NCBI GenBank assembly: GCA_031459875.1
Contig: JAVKHQ010000057.1
Location: forward strand, 1-11,523
From: Candidatus Fervidifonticultor sextus
Lineage (GTDB): Bacteria > Sysuimicrobiota > Sysuimicrobiia > Sysuimicrobiales > Humicultoraceae
Length of the DNA: 11,523 nucleotides
Reading direction: 5' to 3'
Shown here: positions 7,233 through 11,523 of the stretch, piece by piece
Layout: each line of letters opens with the position of its first letter
Numbering within the stretch: the stretch's first letter is position 1
Notes under the pieces: model-generated
What the model saw: the letters and a program-made list of their open reading frames with translations, nothing else
Told to the model about the DNA's origin: nothing
Database searches by the model: none
Made by a program: the position numbers and the translations under genes

Positions 7233-8187
7233 GCGCCCGCTCGGCCACCGCCCGCGGCGTCGCCAGCGCCCGCGACCGACGGCGGAGGATTCCGTAGAGT
7301 CCCTCGGGGACGAAGATCACCACGGCGACGAAGATCAGCCCCATGACCAGGGCCCACGAGTCCGTGACCGCGCTGAGGTAATGCTCAAGCAGCAGGAAGA
7401 ACCCCGCACCGAGCATCGGCCCGATCAGCGTCCCGCTGCCGCCGACAATGACCATGATCAGCACCTGGCCAGAGACGATCCAGAAGAAGAGCTCGGGGGA
7501 AGCGAAGCCGGCGAACGGCGCGTAGAGCGCCCCCGCGAGGCCGCCGAAGAACGAGGCCGCCACGAAGGCCGCCAGCTTGTAGGCCCGGGCGTTGTAGCCG
7601 AGGGCCTCCGCCTTGCGCTCGTGGTCGCGAATCGCGAGCAGCGTGGTGCCCACCGGAGAGGCCACGAAGGCGCGGCAAAAGACGTACGAGGCGCCGAGGC
7701 AGGCGGCCACCAGGTAGTAGTAGCCGGCCCGCGAGGTGAACCACGTGATGCCGAACGGGCCCGGCGTCCGCGGCACGCCGGCCAGACCGTCCGAGCCCCC
7801 GGTGACGCTCTGCCACTTGTAGGCGATCGCGTAGAGGAGCTGGGCAAAGGCCAGCGTCAGCATCGCGAACGACACGCCGGTAGTGCGCGTGCACAACCAC
7901 CCCATAGGGACCGCCACCAGCGCGGTGCCAAGCGCAGCCACCACCACCGCCACCGGCAACGACACCCCCGCATGCAGTAAGAGGAGCGAGGCGGTGTAGG
8001 CGCCCAGGCCGTACGCAGCGGCATGGCCGAAGGAGTCGAGGCCGGTATACCCGACGAGCAGGTCGAGGCTCAGGGCGAAGAGGGCGAGGATCATGACCTC
8101 GGTGACCGTGGTGACCAGGAAGGCCGGGAGCACCAGCGGCGCCACCGCGGCCGCAACAGCGAACCCGACGCGCGAAACCACCGTCAC
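7213..8187 (-). CDS. livM: LivM-like ABC transporter permease
   Basis: Hydrophobic, with LDLLVGYTGLDSFGHAA, FAMLTLAFAQ, TGGSDGL, AIRDHERKAEALG and IVGGSGTLIGP. Start is GTG at 8187 (GTGA overlap with the livH stop) or GTG at 8181 (5 nt after GAGGAG). The upstream part of the 677-aa track ORF is a shadow of livH. Confidence 0.9.
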   Translation of the reverse strand: MTVVSRVGFAVAAAVAPLVLPAFLVTTVTEVMILALFALSLDLLVGYTGLDSFGHAAAYGLGAYTASLLLLHAGVSLPVAVVVAALGTALVAVPMGWLCTRTTGVSFAMLTLAFAQLLYAIAYKWQSVTGGSDGLAGVPRTPGPFGITWFTSRAGYYYLVAACLGASYVFCRAFVASPVGTTLLAIRDHERKAEALGYNARAYKLAAFVAASFFGGLAGALYAPFAGFASPELFFWIVSGQVLIMVIVGGSGTLIGPMLGAGFFLLLEHYLSAVTDSWALVMGLIFVAVVIFVPEGLYGILRRRSRALATPRAVAERAHGEPVS

Positions 8188-9053
8188 TCCTCGCGGCCGA
8201 ACAGGCCGCGCGGGCGCCACACCAGGACGGCGATCATGGCCAGGTAGATCGCGGCTAGGGCGAGGTCGGGCAGGTAGAAGTTGCCGAAGGTCTGCACGAC
8301 GCCGACCAGGAGGCTGCCGACGACCGACCCGAGGAAGCTGCCCATGCCGCCAATGATGACGATAACGAACGCCTCCACGATCACGTTGACGCCCATGCCG
8401 AGGTAGGCGGTGACCAGCGGCGTGGCCAGGACGCCGCCCAGGGCGGCCAGCCCACACCCCAGCGCGAACACGCCGGCGCGCACCCAGCGGACGTTGATGC
8501 CGAGCACGTGCACCATCTCGGCGTTCTGGGCGGTGGCCCGGATGACGAGCCCCAGCCTGGTCCGCTCGAGGAACTGCCACAGCGCGATTCCTACCGCCAG
8601 GCCGAAGGCGGCCAGGAAGAGCCGGTAGACCGGGAACGGCTCGCCGGCCAGGGACACCGACCCACCGAGCAAGGCTGGAACGGCTAGCCGGCGTGGCTCC
8701 GGCCCCCAGGCCAAGCGGATCGCCTCTCCGATGACCAGGGCCAGCCCGAACGTCACGAGTAGGAAGGCGCCCCCCTCGCGCCGGTAGAGCGGCTGCAGCG
8801 CGGCGAACTCGAGCCCCAGCCCGGCGCCCGCCACCGCCACCGGCGTCGCGACCAGCGCCGCCCAGTAGTGGCCAGTCCCAGCCGCGATCGAGAAGCCCAC
8901 GTAAGCCCCCAGCATGTAGAGAGCGCCGTGGGCGAAGTTGACGATGCGCATGATGCCGAAGATCAGCGTGAGGCCGACAGAGATGAAGAACAGGAGCGCG
9001 CCGAGGGCAAGCGCGTTCAGCCCTTGGGTGAAAACGAAGGCGACCGGGCTCAT
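8184..9053 (-). CDS. livH: LivH-like ABC transporter permease
   Basis: GLTLIFGIMRIVNFAHG, TRLGLVIRATAQN, IIGGMGSFLG, VWRPRGLFG. Confidence 0.93.
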   Translation of the reverse strand: MSPVAFVFTQGLNALALGALLFFISVGLTLIFGIMRIVNFAHGALYMLGAYVGFSIAAGTGHYWAALVATPVAVAGAGLGLEFAALQPLYRREGGAFLLVTFGLALVIGEAIRLAWGPEPRRLAVPALLGGSVSLAGEPFPVYRLFLAAFGLAVGIALWQFLERTRLGLVIRATAQNAEMVHVLGINVRWVRAGVFALGCGLAALGGVLATPLVTAYLGMGVNVIVEAFVIVIIGGMGSFLGSVVGSLLVGVVQTFGNFYLPDLALAAIYLAMIAVLVWRPRGLFGREE

Positions 9054-9066
9054 GGCCGGGAGAACG

Positions 9067-9095
9067 GGCGCGGCACCGCCGAGCGGTGCCGCGCC
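9067..9095. terminator. Perfect 13-bp GC-rich stem-loop between the binding-protein gene and livH (partial terminator or mRNA stabiliser)
   Basis: GGCGCGGCACCGC-CGA-GCGGTGCCGCGCC. On the coding strand it is followed only by CGTTCT, with no real U-tract. Confidence 0.65.
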
Positions 9096-9104
9096 AGGGC
9101 CTAC

Positions 9105-10325
9105 CTAGCTGTAGGACGACTTCCGGCACGGCGGCGTGACGACCTCCGCCGGGTACGTCCGGATGACCTCGGGAATCGGATGCGGGATGCCGGGCCGTCG
9201 CACGGCCTTGACCACGAAACCCTGCTGCGCTGCCTGGTGATCGCACTCCCGGATGACGATCCGGCCTTTCACGCTGGTGATCTCCAGTCCTTCCAGCGCC
9301 TTGATCAGGGCCCCCGTCTCCGTGCTCCGCGCCTTCTCGATGCCACGGACCAGAACCTGCAGCGCCTGGTACTGCTCGCCGTCGAAGGTGTCGGGGACCT
9401 CCTGGACGACCTTCTGGAAGCGCTGGACGAAAGCCCGGTTCTCGGGGCTGTCGTAGGTAAAGGTGTAGCGGCTAGAGCCGATGAGGCCGAGCGTGGCGTC
9501 GCCCGCTGGCTTCAGGTTGAGGATGTCCACCAGCTCGGTCACCATCTGGATCTTCTCGCCGAGCCGGAACTGCGCCGCCTGCTGGTAGAACGCCGTCGCG
9601 TCGTCGCCGGTCATGGCCACGTAGAGGGCGTCGGGCGCCGCCTGCCGGATCCGGGTGATGTAGGTCGAATAGTCCTTGGTCCCAGTGGGCGCGAAGACCT
9701 TTCCCACGAACTCCTTGCCCGCCCGCTGGATCTCTTTCTCGAACACCGCGACGCTGGAGTGCCCCCAGGCGTAGTCCAGGCCGATGGCATAGAACGTCTT
9801 CAGCGGCGCGTCCCGCAGGTAGAGCGCGATCGTGCGGGCGCCCATCGGGCCCGACGTGTTGGCTCGGAAGAAGTTCGGCACGAACTTCTCAGCCGTGAGC
9901 TCGCCAGCGCCGTTGATGCTGGAGACGAAAAGCGCGTTCCACTCCCCGAGCTTCGCCGACACCGCCAGCGCCTCCGAAGAAGCCATGATGCCGGTGAAGA
10001 GGTTGACCCTGTGGCGCTCAACCATCTCCTGGGCTTTGCGCACGCAGTTGGCCGGGTTGCCCTGGGTGTCGTCGAACAAGAACTCGACCGGGCGGCCGAG
10101 CACGCCGCCGCGCTCCCTGAGCTCGTCGGCGACCAGCCGACAGGTCCGGACAACCTGGGCGCCGAGCGCGGCCCAGGTGCCGGTGATCGCGGTCGGCACG
10201 CCGATCCGGATCGGGGCGCCGCCCTGCGCCCACGCCCGCCGAAATGCAGGGGCGCCGGCGACCCCGATGGCCACCGCCCCCGTGGTGAGGAACCTCCGTC
10301 GTGAGATGCCGTCCCGTCGCATCAT
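9105..10325 (-). CDS. Liv/HAAT-family ABC substrate-binding protein with Tat signal
   Basis: SRRRFL twin-arginine, AWA/Q cleavage, PIRIG, GGVLGRPVE, DDTQGNP, DYAWG, GTKDYSTYITRIR and IRECDHQA. Strong SD upstream. Confidence 0.93.
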   Translation of the reverse strand: MMRRDGISRRRFLTTGAVAIGVAGAPAFRRAWAQGGAPIRIGVPTAITGTWAALGAQVVRTCRLVADELRERGGVLGRPVEFLFDDTQGNPANCVRKAQEMVERHRVNLFTGIMASSEALAVSAKLGEWNALFVSSINGAGELTAEKFVPNFFRANTSGPMGARTIALYLRDAPLKTFYAIGLDYAWGHSSVAVFEKEIQRAGKEFVGKVFAPTGTKDYSTYITRIRQAAPDALYVAMTGDDATAFYQQAAQFRLGEKIQMVTELVDILNLKPAGDATLGLIGSSRYTFTYDSPENRAFVQRFQKVVQEVPDTFDGEQYQALQVLVRGIEKARSTETGALIKALEGLEITSVKGRIVIRECDHQAAQQGFVVKAVRRPGIPHPIPEVIRTYPAEVVTPPCRKSSYS

Positions 10326-10330
10326 GCGCT

Positions 10331-10339
10331 CTCCTCCTC
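10331..10339 (-). promoter_or_regulatory. Strong Shine-Dalgarno of the binding-protein gene
   Basis: GAGGAGGAG, 5 nt upstream of ATG 10325 (8 nt upstream of ATG 10322). Confidence 0.8.
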
Positions 10340-10356
10340 GTCGCCTCCGGCCCCGT

Positions 10357-11010
10357 TCAGGATCGCGTCGGGCCGTCGCGGCCGCCGGCGCGGCCGTCGG
10401 CCAACCCCAGACCCCGCATCATGAACTCCGTGAGCCCCGCCGCCACCTCGGCCCGCGGCAGCCGCCGGTCGAGGTCCCAGCGGCGCAGGGCCACGATCGT
10501 CGGCAAGAAGGTGACGATGTTCGCCGCCAGCCGGAGTCGGCGGGGCGCGAGGCCGCCGGCGGGGCGCGCCGCGGCCAGCAGGGCCTCGAAGGTCCGGATG
10601 AACTCCTCCACGCGCGAGAGAATCGCCCGCAGTGCCGGCCGGTCCAGCGCGTGGCTCTCGTGGTAGAGGAGCAGGATCTGCTCCTGCCGGTCCTGCATGA
10701 CCTCGACCACGGCCGCCAGCGCCGCCCGCAGGCGCCGACGGGGGTTCTCGATGCCTTCGATGGCGCGCCGGACGGCCTCGTGGTAGGCGGTCACCACCTC
10801 GTCGCAGACCAGGTACAGGATGTCGGCCTTGGAGCGGACGTAGTTGTAGATCGTGCCCTGGGTGAAGCCCCCCTCCCGGCCGATGTCGCGAACGGTGGCG
10901 CGGTGGTAGCCCTTGCGGACGAACACCGCCATCGCCGCCCGGACCAGCTGGCGACGCCGGTCGCGGACCAGTGCCGGATCCTTGATGGCGGCTGCCACCC
11001 CGTGGCCCAT
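10357..11010 (-). CDS. TetR/AcrR-family transcriptional regulator
   Basis: RRRQLVRAAMAVFVRKGYHRATVRDIGREGGFTQGTIYNYVRSKADIL is a TetR N-terminal HTH, followed by a helical ligand-binding domain. Confidence 0.93.
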   Translation of the reverse strand: MGHGVAAAIKDPALVRDRRRQLVRAAMAVFVRKGYHRATVRDIGREGGFTQGTIYNYVRSKADILYLVCDEVVTAYHEAVRRAIEGIENPRRRLRAALAAVVEVMQDRQEQILLLYHESHALDRPALRAILSRVEEFIRTFEALLAAARPAGGLAPRRLRLAANIVTFLPTIVALRRWDLDRRLPRAEVAAGLTEFMMRGLGLADGRAGGRDGPTRS

Positions 11011-11024
11011 AGTGAGCGCTCAGT
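11011..11024. promoter_or_regulatory. Candidate TetR operator
   Basis: Perfect 10-bp palindrome TGAGCGCTCA (11013-11022), extending to A-g-TGAGCGCTCA-g-T, immediately upstream of the tetR ATG. Confidence 0.65.
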
Positions 11025-11051
11025 CAACTCCAGCCACCAGCCCTTTGTCAA
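11022..11051 (-). promoter_or_regulatory. Candidate sigma70 promoter of the tetR-ABC-catabolic operon
   Basis: Perfect TTGACA (11051-11046), 18-nt spacer, then imperfect -10 TTGACT (11027-11022) overlapping the palindrome. Confidence 0.5.
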
Positions 11052-11239
11052 GGGGGTCGAAGCGTGGCCACAAACAAGCCCCCACTCGGACGCGGAATCG
11101 GAGCGCCAGTCGGGCGCCACGCGAGCTTCGCCCGAGCGAGCGTCGGCGCACCCGCGAGCCCGCCCGGGGCGAGCCGGTTCCCCGCCGAGCCCGGCGCACA
11201 AGGGACAGGCGCCTTAGCGATCCCGGCGCGGACGCTGGC

Positions 11240-11523
11240 TCAGTTGCGCAGTGCCAGGTGCTGGCGCACCCGGCGGAGCTGCTCGCGGAGGCTCGCCGCG
11301 TCCTCCGCCTCCGGGTAGCGGCTCAGGTACTCCTCCCACTCGGCCGCTCCGTGGTGCACGTGCCCGAGCTTGATCAGCACCGTGCCGCGGTCGCGCCGGT
11401 GGGTGGGCGTGTCCGGATCCACCACCCGCAGGCGGTCCACCACCGCCAGCCCCCGGTCCCAGGCTTCGCGCCGGCAGTACGCGGTCCGGAGATTGAGCAG
11501 CATCCGCGTGAGGATCTGCCGGC
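11240..11523 (-). CDS. SirB1-family (transglutaminase-like + TPR) protein, C-terminal part (starts beyond the right edge)
   Basis: Frame open to the edge: RQILTRMLLNLRTAY...LAVVDRL..VDPD...RRDRG...EEYLSRYPEAEDA. This matches the SirB1/YchA C-terminal TPR pattern (ILxRMLxNLK, RDRG, YLxxxPxAxDA). Confidence 0.8.
   Translation of the reverse strand, partial: RQILTRMLLNLRTAYCRREAWDRGLAVVDRLRVVDPDTPTHRRDRGTVLIKLGHVHHGAAEWEEYLSRYPEAEDAASLREQLRRVRQHLALRN

Noticed and set aside
7213..9246. 677-aa ORF suggesting an extended or fused LivM
   Set aside because: The first ~350 aa are Arg/Gly/Pro-rich out-of-frame reading of livH. The permease sequence starts at the GTG overlapping the livH stop.
11095..11215. 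Recurring GCGAGC / GGCGCAC words as a repeat array, CRISPR or riboswitch
   Set aside because: The words are short, degenerate and irregularly spaced. There is no constant repeat-spacer period, no cas gene and no known aptamer motif.
8868..11217. Plus-strand ORFs of 478 aa and 461 aa
   Set aside because: Antisense shadows of the binding-protein and tetR genes, with no domain signal.

Overview
Very GC-rich bacterial DNA. Every credible gene is on the minus strand; the many long plus-strand ORFs are antisense shadows. In transcription order (right to left): the 3' end of a SirB1/TPR-like gene; a TetR regulator with a palindrome abutting its start codon; a complete Liv-type (HAAT) ABC importer with a Tat-exported binding protein; an acyl/aryl-CoA ligase; a CouO-like amidohydrolase; an atypical SDR; a separately promoted soxCD-like molybdoenzyme/cytochrome c pair with no other sox genes in the window; and the 5' end of a probable M48 peptidase lipoprotein missed by the ORF track. 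No RNA genes, mobile elements or CRISPR arrays were found. The best candidate for an uncharacterised system is the TetR-ABC-ligase-amidohydrolase-SDR operon, in which all three enzymes depart from their family active-site consensus. Family assignments come from motif recognition by eye, not database searches.
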